Shown in pieces: positions 48,101 to 57,043 of a DNA stretch of 64,000 nt. A program made the position numbers and the translations under genes. Source of the DNA: Planctomycetia bacterium (GTDB lineage Bacteria > Planctomycetota > Planctomycetia > Pirellulales > UBA1268); the NCBI GenBank assembly GCA_046343855.1, contig JBKDMX010000091.1, forward strand, positions 2,535 to 66,534. The letters run 5' to 3'. The notes beneath the pieces are model-generated. The model ran no database searches, was not told where the DNA came from, and saw nothing but the letters and a program-made list of their open reading frames with translations. Numbering within the stretch: the stretch's first letter is position 1; every line of letters begins with the position of its first letter.

Positions 48101-51100
48101 ACGCGGCCGAGACGTCGTCTGCCTTGGCTTCGAGCGATTCGATCCATTCGCGGACGACCGCCACGGCGGGCTCGTCCACGATACGAGTCGCGAGCTGCGG
48201 CATCTGGCCCGGGCCACGGCGGTTCATCCGCTCGTAGATCACCGACCGCTCCGGATGGCCCGCTGCGATCAGTTTCGCGTCGGGCAGGTCGAACGTGGAA
48301 TGGAGCGGCTTCACGCCGATCGCCTTCATCGCGTCGAGCGGCTTGGTCTCGAAGGCCGACATGTATTCCAGATCGATCTGCGCGTTGCCGCCGCCGGTGT
48401 AGATGTGGCAGGAAGAGCAGTTGGAGTGCAAGTAGGAGCGTGCCCGGGCCTCGAGTGGATGCGAGTCGTCGTAGGGATTCACGAGGTGGTTGGTCCGCTC
48501 CGGAGCTCGTGCGAGCAGGGAGGAGGCGGCCGCCCCCGGACCTCTGACCTCCACAAGGCCGAGATGCTCGAGCGCGCGGAGCTGGTTGTCGGTGGCGTGG
48601 CCCTCGCCGAGCACCGCCTTGTAGTCGAACTCGTGGTTGAGCTGCACGGTGCAGATGCCGAGCACGTAGTTGCTCGCCCGGCTGTGGCAGACCATGCATT
48701 CCGTCCGCGAGGGGTAGTGCCACTGCTGCGTCTTCACGCCGTCGGCGTGCTTTTTCAGTTCGGCCGTGCGAATCTCGAAATCGCGATCCTTGCCTTCGGC
48801 CGCCACGAGCACGGCGTCGGTCTGTTCGTCGTTCCACTCGTAGCTGTAGCCGGCCCACTCTCCCTGCTCCTTGAGCATGAAGCGGGTCTCGATCCAGCGG
48901 CGGGTGGATGAATCGCCCTCGACATCATCGATCGCAAACGACTTCACGAGCACCGTGCCATCGGGGAAATTCCACCCGCGGGCATTCGTGACGCCGATCT
49001 TCGCCGGCACGATCGTGCCGGAGGCATCCTTGGTCGGCGGCAACGCGAAGAACCGGGCCTTGTGGGTGCCGTCGCTCCAGAGCGGCGAGACCGGCTCGTA
49101 GGGCACGACGCCATCCACCATCCGGTGCGTGGCGACGTCGGCGAAGAGGCCGCTCTCCGAGAGCTTCTTCGGGAAGGGCGGCCTGTCCTTCGAGACCGGC
49201 GGCGTGGGCACGAGCCGATAGAAGCCCCCCGTGTCGCCCGGCTGGTGGTCGCAGATCAGGATCTCGCCCTTGGAGTCGGTCCCGAAGGCTGTGATGTTGA
49301 GCTGCGTGTCGGCGATGAGCTCGTGCCAGGTGACCTTCGTGCCGTCGTGACGGATGCCCCAGATGCGGCCGGTGGAATAGTCGGCGTAGAGATAGGCGCC
49401 CTTGAGAGCGGGCAGCGCGGAGCCGGTGTAGACGAGGCCGCCGGTCATCGCGCGGGCCTCCGCATGCGAATGCTCGGCGACGGGCTTCGAGATCGGCGTC
49501 GGGCCGGCCTTCTGATCGTCGTTGAACTTATGCGTGCCCTCGACGATGCTCCAGCCGTAGTTCGCCCCGCGCTCGATCAAATAAATCTGCTCCCAGAGAT
49601 CCTGCCCCTGGTTGCCCACCCAGATCTGGCCGGTGGCCTTGTCGATCACGACCCGCCACGGCTGCCGCATGCCGTAGGCATAGGTCTCGGGCCGGGCGCC
49701 CTTCACCGTGGCGATGAGGCTGCCCTTGTCGAAGATCGGGTTGTCGCTCGGCACGGAGTAGTGTCGGCCGTCGTTCGGCACGTCTTCATCGGGATGGTCG
49801 ACGTCGATCCGCAGGATCTTCGACCGCAGGCTCGTCAGGTCCTGCCCCTTGCGGTCCTCGTCGGAGTCGCTCGTGCCGTCGCCTGAGCCCACATACATCA
49901 TGCCGTCGAGCCCGAAGGCCATGTCGCCGCCGTTGTGGCCGTTGGAATCCCACTCGATGATCACGGTGGCCGAGTCGCGGTGAAACGCGTAGGGCGGCTC
50001 GCGGTCGATCACGTAGCGGGTGACCCGCGTCCGCCTGCGGCCGTCCACCGGCACGCGGCCATCGGGGCTCTTCAAGCCGTTGGAGCCGATGTATACGAAG
50101 CCGTTCTCGGCGAACTGCGGGTGAAACGTGATCGCGTAATGCACGGTCATGTCGTCGGCGGGGATCAGCACCTCCGGGTCGTACACGGACGCGTCGTCCC
50201 GCATCCGCATCACGGTCGAGGGTTGGTAGGCCGAAGGCTCCGTCACGTAGAGCAGCCGATCGCTGCCGGGCTGATGGGCCACGGTGATCGGCCCCGACAT
50301 GATCGCTTTCGGCAGCGCCCGCTCGACCGTGTAGGGCAGCGGCGGCTCGGGCGAGCCGACCACCTTCGACGTCGTCACGGGCACGATCTTCGGAATGCCG
50401 AAGGGCTTCGTGGCCGCGGCCGCCGGGCCGATGAATTTCAGCGGCGCGTACTCTTCGTGGCGGTGGAAGCTCATCTGGGAAAGCGGGGCCGAGGTCGAAA
50501 GCTGCGGCTGCTCGCGATTCGTGTCGTAGTCGTAGCGGCAGAGGGCAAACCGCCACTCGTCCCCCGGCTCCGGCCGGCCGCCGGTGGGCATGAAGTCCGA
50601 CCAGGGGATCCGCATCTCCACCGACCAGCCCTCGTCGGTGTCGGTCCAGATGTCGAGCGTGCCGCGGAGCTTCACGGCCGACTCGATGCCGAAGTCATGG
50701 AGCTTTCTGAACCGGCCCGTGTGGCCGCGCCGCGGCATGAAGCAGTCGAACTGCGTGTTGAGCGCGTTGACCTGAAACTCGTAGTACGCCGGCTTGTCGA
50801 CGACCGGCTTGAGGAACACCTCGAACACGTCGTTGTCCCAGGTCTGGCCGTCGTGCTCGGTGACGTCGGCGTAGAGATCCGCGTCGTCGAGGTCGGCGGC
50901 GACGTAGAGGTTTTCCCGGTCCCAGAGGATCTTCGCCCGGGTGGCCTTCAGCGCAGGCGCGTTGTCCTTGCCGAGCCAAGGCATCGAGAAATTGTCGATG
51001 ACCGGGGCATGCCTCCAGGCCGCGTCGTCGAGCGTGCCATCGATCGTGACCGGGTCGTTGGTGAACCGGCAGTCGTACGACGAGACAAGCGGCACCGGCA

Positions 51101-51239
51101 CATCGGCGGGGGGGGGCTTCCGGACGGCGGGGCCACAGCCGCAGACCAGCACCATCGCCGCGGCCCAGAGCCTCGCGGGCACGAGAGATGCGAACGGCAG
51201 CGGGGAAATCCCGCCCCGGAGAGGAAGGATTTCATGCAC
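48075..51239 (-). CDS. Multidomain lipoprotein: CBM9-like module, glucose/sorbosone-dehydrogenase-like beta-propeller, C-terminal di-heme-like CxxCH region
   Basis: Candidate GTG start at 51239, followed by a lipobox-like VLVCGC. CBM9-like segment (PVTIDGTLDDAAWRHAP ... NDVFEVFL ... WSVEMRIPW); propeller (GGDMAFGLDG, ANYGWS); CMVCHS and CSSCH motifs. The start is uncertain (track ORF reaches 51317). Confidence 0.75.
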   Translation of the reverse strand: MHEILPLRGGISPLPFASLVPARLWAAAMVLVCGCGPAVRKPPPADVPVPLVSSYDCRFTNDPVTIDGTLDDAAWRHAPVIDNFSMPWLGKDNAPALKATRAKILWDRENLYVAADLDDADLYADVTEHDGQTWDNDVFEVFLKPVVDKPAYYEFQVNALNTQFDCFMPRRGHTGRFRKLHDFGIESAVKLRGTLDIWTDTDEGWSVEMRIPWSDFMPTGGRPEPGDEWRFALCRYDYDTNREQPQLSTSAPLSQMSFHRHEEYAPLKFIGPAAAATKPFGIPKIVPVTTSKVVGSPEPPLPYTVERALPKAIMSGPITVAHQPGSDRLLYVTEPSAYQPSTVMRMRDDASVYDPEVLIPADDMTVHYAITFHPQFAENGFVYIGSNGLKSPDGRVPVDGRRRTRVTRYVIDREPPYAFHRDSATVIIEWDSNGHNGGDMAFGLDGMMYVGSGDGTSDSDEDRKGQDLTSLRSKILRIDVDHPDEDVPNDGRHYSVPSDNPIFDKGSLIATVKGARPETYAYGMRQPWRVVIDKATGQIWVGNQGQDLWEQIYLIERGANYGWSIVEGTHKFNDDQKAGPTPISKPVAEHSHAEARAMTGGLVYTGSALPALKGAYLYADYSTGRIWGIRHDGTKVTWHELIADTQLNITAFGTDSKGEILICDHQPGDTGGFYRLVPTPPVSKDRPPFPKKLSESGLFADVATHRMVDGVVPYEPVSPLWSDGTHKARFFALPPTKDASGTIVPAKIGVTNARGWNFPDGTVLVKSFAIDDVEGDSSTRRWIETRFMLKEQGEWAGYSYEWNDEQTDAVLVAAEGKDRDFEIRTAELKKHADGVKTQQWHYPSRTECMVCHSRASNYVLGICTVQLNHEFDYKAVLGEGHATDNQLRALEHLGLVEVRGPGAAASSLLARAPERTNHLVNPYDDSHPLEARARSYLHSNCSSCHIYTGGGNAQIDLEYMSAFETKPLDAMKAIGVKPLHSTFDLPDAKLIAAGHPERSVIYERMNRRGPGQMPQLATRIVDEPAVAVVREWIESLEAKADDVSAASLRFTFTR

Positions 51240-51359
51240 GTGTCGACCTTTGGCGGAGCGGAAAACCAACCTTAATTTCCAAGTCAGTAGTCTACACCGC
51301 TGCATCCGGCCGGCCACAGGCCGAAAGCCGCGGGCGGCGGAGGCCCTCGCCCGTGCCCG

Positions 51360-52799
51360 TCAAGCGAGGATGCCGGTCACGATCTTGCCGTGCACGTCGG
51401 TGAGCCGATACCGGCGGCCCTGAAACTTGTAGGTCAGCCGCTCGTGATCGATGCCCAGAAGATGGAGCATCGTGGCATGGAAGTCGTGCACGTGCACGCC
51501 GTCCTTCACGATGTTGTAGCCGTATTCGCAGGTCTCGCCGTAGGTCGTGCCGGGCTTCACGCCGCCGCCGGCCATCCAGATCGTGAAACACCGCGGGTGG
51601 TGGTCGCGGCCGAAATCCATGCCCGGCTTATAGAGCCCCTGGCAGTAGTTCGTGCGGCCAAACTCGCCCCCCCAGACCACGAGCGTGTCGTCGAGCATCC
51701 CGCGCTGGGCGAGATCCTGCACGAGCGCGGCGGCCGGCTGGTCGGTCTGCTTGCACTCCGAGCTGATGCCACCCTTGAGCCCGCCGTGGTGATCCCAGTC
51801 TTGGTGATAGAGCTGGATGAACCGCACGCCCCGCTCGGCGAGCCGGCGGGCGAGCAGACAGTTGGCGGCAAACGTGCCGGGGTCTTTCGCGTCGGGGCCA
51901 TACAGGTCGAGCACGCTCCTGGGCTCATCCGAGAAGTCGGTCACCTCCGGCACGCTCGATTGCATCCGGAAGGCCATCTCGTAATTTGCGATCCGCGCCG
52001 TGATCTCGGCGTCGGGCGTGCCGGCGAACTGGTGCTCGTGGAGTTCGCGGAGGCCGTCGAGGAGCTGGCGGCGATTCGCGGGCGAGACTCCGGGCGGATT
52101 GTTGACGTAGAGCACTGGGTCGCCGCCGGAGCGAAACCGCACCGCCTGGTGCTTCGTGGGCAGGAAGCCCGCTCCCCAGAGGTGGCTCATCAGCGGCTGG
52201 CCGCCCTTGTTTTTCGTGATCAACACGACGAATGACGGCAGATCATCGTGGGCGTTGCCGAGCCCGTAGTCGAGCCAGGCGCCGATGCTCGGCCGGCCCG
52301 GGATCTGGTTCCCGCTTTGCATGAACGTCACGCCGGGGCCGTGGTTGATGCTCTCCGTATACATCGTGCGGATGAAGCAGAGCCGGTCGGCCACCTTCGC
52401 CGTGTGGGGCAGGAGCTCCGAGAGCCAACTGCCGCTCTCGCCGTATTGGGCAAACTTGAATGGCGAGCCTACGAGCGGAATCGAGCTCTGGTTGCCCGAC
52501 ATGCCCGTGAGCCGCTGGCCGCCGCGGACGCTGTCGGGCAATTGCATGCCGGTCTTTTCGACAAGCAGCGGCTTGTGGTCGTAGAGATCGAGCTGCGAGG
52601 GACCGCCCGACTGAAAGAGATAGATCACCCGCTTCGCCTTGGGCGGGAAGTGAAACCCGCCGAGCACGCCGCCGGCCCCGTCTGCCGCGGGCTCTTCGGC
52701 CGTCGCGGCCTGCGCGAGCATCTCCGCGGCCGCGAGGCCACCCAGGCCCATCCCAAACGAGTTCAGCCACTGCCGGCGGTTGAAAGGCGTCTGCATCAT
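51360..52799 (-). CDS. DUF1501-domain protein (sulfatase-like fold, Tat signal)
   Basis: MMQTPFNRRQWLNSFG Tat-like motif; PSQLDLYDHKP and GGEFGRT motifs. The ATG at 52799 overlaps the upstream stop (ATGA). Confidence 0.9.
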   Translation of the reverse strand: MMQTPFNRRQWLNSFGMGLGGLAAAEMLAQAATAEEPAADGAGGVLGGFHFPPKAKRVIYLFQSGGPSQLDLYDHKPLLVEKTGMQLPDSVRGGQRLTGMSGNQSSIPLVGSPFKFAQYGESGSWLSELLPHTAKVADRLCFIRTMYTESINHGPGVTFMQSGNQIPGRPSIGAWLDYGLGNAHDDLPSFVVLITKNKGGQPLMSHLWGAGFLPTKHQAVRFRSGGDPVLYVNNPPGVSPANRRQLLDGLRELHEHQFAGTPDAEITARIANYEMAFRMQSSVPEVTDFSDEPRSVLDLYGPDAKDPGTFAANCLLARRLAERGVRFIQLYHQDWDHHGGLKGGISSECKQTDQPAAALVQDLAQRGMLDDTLVVWGGEFGRTNYCQGLYKPGMDFGRDHHPRCFTIWMAGGGVKPGTTYGETCEYGYNIVKDGVHVHDFHATMLHLLGIDHERLTYKFQGRRYRLTDVHGKIVTGILA

Positions 52800-55700
52800 C
52801 GTTTCACCACGCATCCATCGTAGTTCAAAAGCGCGTTGATCACTCCCGCCGCGGCGGCCACGTCCACGGCCGCGAGCGCGTCGTTCGGCTTTTTCTCGCC
52901 CACGGCCACCAGCTTCGCGGCATCGTCGGGATGGCTGCGATACCAGTCGAGCTGGGCTGCATGCATCCGACGGATGATACGACGCTCCTCGTCGTCCGGC
53001 GGCCGGTTCGTCAAGAGTTCGAACGCCCTGTCGAGGGCCTTTTCGGCCTGGCCGTCATACTCGACGAGCAGCCGCTCCGCCAGCACGCGGGCCGCCTCCA
53101 CGAACTGCGGGCCGTTCATGAGCACGAACGCGTGCAGCGGCGTGTTGGTGGTGTCGCGCTTGGCCACGCACACCACCCGCTTCGGCATGTCGAAGGTTTC
53201 GAGCATCGGCGCGGGCCCCGTCCGCCGCCAGAATGTGTAGAGGCTGCGGCGATAGAGCCTCTCGCCCGTGTCGGCCTTCTCGGGCTTGAACGAGTCGGGC
53301 ATGTCGTAGGTCTTCACCGGCGGGCCGCCCAGCTTCTCGACGAGCAGGCCACAGGCGGCCAACGCACCGTCGCGGATCATCTCCGCAGGGAGGCGATGCC
53401 GCGGGCCACGGGCGAGCCATACGTTGAGCGGATCGTCGGCCATCGTCTTCGCGTCGGCGATGCTCCGTTGCCGATAGGTCTGCGACAGCATGATCGTCTT
53501 GATGAGACGCTTCATGTCCCACCCGATGCCGCCGTCGGCTGGGGAGTGCGCGAACTGCCAGGCCAGCAGATCGAGCATCTCCGGATATTCGGGCCGCGTG
53601 GACTGGCTGCCGAGATCCTCGGGGCTTTGCACGAGCCCGAGTCCGAACAGCGACTGCCAGAGCCGGTTCACCGTCACCCGGGCGAGCAGCGGATGCTCGG
53701 GGTCGATCAGCCAGCGGGCGAGGCCGAGCCGGTTCTTCGGCTGGTCGGCCGGGAACGGTGGCAGCGCGGCGGGCGTGTCGGGCTCGACCGGTGCCCCACG
53801 CTTGTCGTAGTCGCCGCGCTCGAGGATGTAGGCCATCTTCGGCTGCGGCAGGTCCCGCATCACCATGATTTCCCGCGGCCGTTCGGCGAGGTCGTCGCGG
53901 TGGCGACGGCCGGCCTCGAGTTTTGCCCGCGCGGCGGCCGGCTCGTCGGCGAAGGCCGCTGCGAAGTAGCCACCGAGCGACTCGGCGTCGCGCTTCTCGG
54001 CCAGGGCCGTCGCGATCGCCCCCGGCGCGGCAAGATCTCGCACCTCGAGCGGCGAGAGCGCCCGGGCAAACACGCGGAACTCGTCGACGAGTCCGTTCTT
54101 AAAGCCATTGTCGCGCATCCGCTCGCCTATCGTGATCGTGTCGCCACCGCCGCCGGTGATCTCGCGGGTGAGGCTGTCGCGAACGATCGTCGTGGCGGCC
54201 GCGTGGCCATTCACGAAGATGGTGAGCCCAGCCGCCTTGCCCGAGCCATCGCTCGATACCGCCACGTGCGTCCACTCGCCGACGGGGAGCGGTTCAGCGC
54301 ACCGCACGCTCGCCGCGTCGCCGGGCCAGAAGTGGATCAGCGACCAGCGCAGATGGCCACCGTCCACGAGCAGCTCGTAGCCGCGGCTGCCGGCGTCGGT
54401 CCAGGCCTGCGACCGGTGAAACACGACCGCCCGGTCGTGCTTCGCCGCCGGCTTGATCCAAGCCGACACGGTGAACGGCTGACTGCGGCGGAAGTTGCCG
54501 ACCGGCGTATTCACCGGATGGTCGCCGGTGAGCTTGATCGCGCGGCAGGCGCTGCCACCGCGGGCGTCGTCCACGACCACGATCTCGACGGGAGCCGTGG
54601 CCGACTCCTTCGTGCCGAACTCGTTGGCAAACTTCCCGTCCGTCCCGCGGCCGTCGAAGGAGTAATGCACGAGTTCACCCGGAATCGTGCCTCCGGCGGC
54701 CTCGAGAGCGGTCGGCATCACGGCTTTGCCGGCGATCCAGTCCGTCACGGTCGCCCGGGCCACCGCCTCCGCCCGCTCGTATTCCGTCGCTGCCTCGCCA
54801 GCCGCCTCGTCGGCCTTGGCGAGAGCTGCCGATGTCGTCGCGTCGAGCATCCGCAGCTTCGGCGTCGGCACCGCCTCGGTAAAGAAGGAATAGAGCCCCG
54901 CCTCGTCGATGTCGTCGAAGAAGGCGAAGAGCGAATAAAAATCCTTCTGCGCCAGCGGGTCGAACTTGTGGTCGTGGCAGCGGCAGCACTCGAACGTGAG
55001 GCCGAGGAAGGCCGTGCCGAACGTCGTCACGCGATCGTTCACGTAGTTGACGCGATACTCTTCCTCGATCGAGCCGCCCTCGTTTTCCTGCTGATGGAGC
55101 CGGTTGAAGGCCGTGGCGAGCACCTGTTCGTCCGTGGCGTCAGGCAATAGGTCGCCGGCCACCTGCCAGAGCGCGAACTGATCCCAGGGAAGGTTGGCAT
55201 TGAACGACCGGATCACCCAGTCGCGCCACGGCCACATGTCGGGCCGCGGGCGATCGACCTGGAAGCCGTAGCTGTCGGAATAGCGGGCGAGGTCCATCCA
55301 GTCGGCTGCCATCCGCTCGCCGTAGCGCGGGCTCGCGAGCAGCCGGTCGAGGAGTTTTTCGTAGGCGTCGGGCGACGTGTCGGCGACGAAGGCATCGACC
55401 TCGGCGGGCGTCGGTGGCAGGCCGGTGATGTCGAAGCTCACGCGGCGAATGAGCGTCTGGCGATCGGCCTCGGGCTGGAGCTTGAGGCCACGCTTCGCAA
55501 GCCCGGCAGTGACGGCGTCGTCGATCGCGGCCGTGGCATCCGTGGCCGCGGGCTTTACAGGCGCGACGAATGCCCAGTGCGGCTCATACTGCGCCCCTTC
55601 GGCGATCCAGCGTTTGACGAGATCGACCTGCTCGACGGTGAGCCGGCCGATCTTGGCCTCGGGCGGCGGCATCACGCTGTCGGGATCGTCACTGATGATC

Positions 55701-56002
55701 CGGGCGACGAGTTCGCTGGCAGCGACATCTTCGGGCACGATCGCCCGCGTGCCGCTGTCGAGTTCGGCGGTCGCATGCTCGGCTGTGTCGAGCCGCAGTC
55801 CGGCCTGCCGGTTGGCACTGTCGGGGCCGTGGCAGGCGAAGCAGTTATCGGAGAGGATCGGCCGGATGTCGTTGTTGAACGAGATTCGGGGCTGCGGCGG
55901 GGCGGGTGTCGCCGCGGAACCGATGGTGGTGGCGACACAGGCCACCGCGGCCGCCGCGAGACGCATCAGCCACGAGAATCGGTAGGGGGACGAGCAACCC
56001 AT
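52796..56002 (-). CDS. PSCyt1/DUF1549/LamG-like/DUF1553 planctomycete cytochrome-motif protein
   Basis: Start taken at the ATG at 56002 (MGCSSPYRFSWLMRLAAAAV); an alternative ATG is at 55966. Contains ILSDNCFACHGPD, a DUF1549 region, a LamG-like insert (GEWTHVAVSSDG...IFVNG) and a DUF1553 C-terminus. Track ORF residues upstream belong to a relic. Confidence 0.9.
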   Translation of the reverse strand: MGCSSPYRFSWLMRLAAAAVACVATTIGSAATPAPPQPRISFNNDIRPILSDNCFACHGPDSANRQAGLRLDTAEHATAELDSGTRAIVPEDVAASELVARIISDDPDSVMPPPEAKIGRLTVEQVDLVKRWIAEGAQYEPHWAFVAPVKPAATDATAAIDDAVTAGLAKRGLKLQPEADRQTLIRRVSFDITGLPPTPAEVDAFVADTSPDAYEKLLDRLLASPRYGERMAADWMDLARYSDSYGFQVDRPRPDMWPWRDWVIRSFNANLPWDQFALWQVAGDLLPDATDEQVLATAFNRLHQQENEGGSIEEEYRVNYVNDRVTTFGTAFLGLTFECCRCHDHKFDPLAQKDFYSLFAFFDDIDEAGLYSFFTEAVPTPKLRMLDATTSAALAKADEAAGEAATEYERAEAVARATVTDWIAGKAVMPTALEAAGGTIPGELVHYSFDGRGTDGKFANEFGTKESATAPVEIVVVDDARGGSACRAIKLTGDHPVNTPVGNFRRSQPFTVSAWIKPAAKHDRAVVFHRSQAWTDAGSRGYELLVDGGHLRWSLIHFWPGDAASVRCAEPLPVGEWTHVAVSSDGSGKAAGLTIFVNGHAAATTIVRDSLTREITGGGGDTITIGERMRDNGFKNGLVDEFRVFARALSPLEVRDLAAPGAIATALAEKRDAESLGGYFAAAFADEPAAARAKLEAGRRHRDDLAERPREIMVMRDLPQPKMAYILERGDYDKRGAPVEPDTPAALPPFPADQPKNRLGLARWLIDPEHPLLARVTVNRLWQSLFGLGLVQSPEDLGSQSTRPEYPEMLDLLAWQFAHSPADGGIGWDMKRLIKTIMLSQTYRQRSIADAKTMADDPLNVWLARGPRHRLPAEMIRDGALAACGLLVEKLGGPPVKTYDMPDSFKPEKADTGERLYRRSLYTFWRRTGPAPMLETFDMPKRVVCVAKRDTTNTPLHAFVLMNGPQFVEAARVLAERLLVEYDGQAEKALDRAFELLTNRPPDDEERRIIRRMHAAQLDWYRSHPDDAAKLVAVGEKKPNDALAAVDVAAAAGVINALLNYDGCVVKR

Positions 56003-56031
56003 GCACGCAGTTCCTGGCGAAGTTCTCTCCA

Positions 56032-56470
56032 TTATATACAGCCGGGAGGGGTTTTGGCAGCGCGGTATTGCGTGCCAAGAAGCCCGTGGCCAGCCAACCG
56101 GGAGGCGTCTTTCGGCTCGAAATACCGGGTGAGGATCCGCCCCACGATCTGCTTGCCGCGGCTGTTGCCGTGGATCGCGTCGCGGGCGAAATGATCGTAG
56201 GGCTTGTACGACCGCAGCATGTAGTCTTCCCCGGCCTTGCGGATGTCGAAAAACTCCACCCGCTCCTCGCGGCACATCCGCCGCATCCGCGTTGAAAACT
56301 GCTCCATGTCGTCGAGGGCCACTGCCGCCGGCTTCGCCCTGACATGCGCCGGCTCGTAGACCTCCCGCGATGATCGCGCCGTCGTCGATCCGCCAGGTCT
56401 GCTTCGTGTCGCCGTTCCAGCCCGAGAACGAGGTGCCTCGAAGAGCCACTCCATCGGCGGGGAATGGTCA
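56032..56470 (-). pseudogene. Chimeric gene relic: DUF1080-like N-terminal fragment joined out of frame to an SGNH/GDSL-hydrolase C-terminal fragment
   Basis: EWLFE / TSFSGWNGDTKQTWRIDDGAIIAGG lies in one frame. EVYEPAHV...FFDIRKAGEDYMLRSYKPYDHFARDAIHGNSRGKQIVGRILTRYF (block V DxxH) lies in another, ending at a TAA 30 nt upstream of the DUF1553 gene start. Confidence 0.4.
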
Positions 56471-57043
56471 CGCGGGCGGATTCCCTCGCTTACGCCACGG
56501 CTCGAGCATCGGGGTTCCAAGCAATCGGCACGCGTCGCTCGCTCCCGCCGTTGACCGCCGCCAGCAAGCAATGTTCGTGTGTACCCATGCCAGGAGCACG
56601 TCGAGGCTCGAAGTCGCTCTGGCGAAGCTCGCCGAGGCACAGGCGCGCACCGAGTCTCAGCTCGAACGGCTTGCCGCGATCGTGGAGAAGCTGGTCATTC
56701 GCGCCGATCGTCATGAGGGCACGCTGTTGGAACTCATGGTTCACGATCGGCTGCCCTCGTATCTTGGGCTGTTTGCCACTCCACGTCATTCGGCGCCGGT
56801 TCTTGCTTGCACTCCGCGGCAGCCGGGCCTGTCTCACGCGGCACCGTGCTCTCCACGACCTCGTTCGATGGCGTTTCGGCTGCTCGTGGCAAAGGACGCA
56901 CACGCGCCGGTCGCAACGCATGGCGACGTGTGTCGCGGTTTTTTCCGCGTTTCACCTGACCGAAACTGTCGACAGAAAGATGGAGCGGTGCTATACTCCC
57001 GCGACGTCGTTCCGATGGCCGGGCACCGGCTGGAGTGTGCGCG

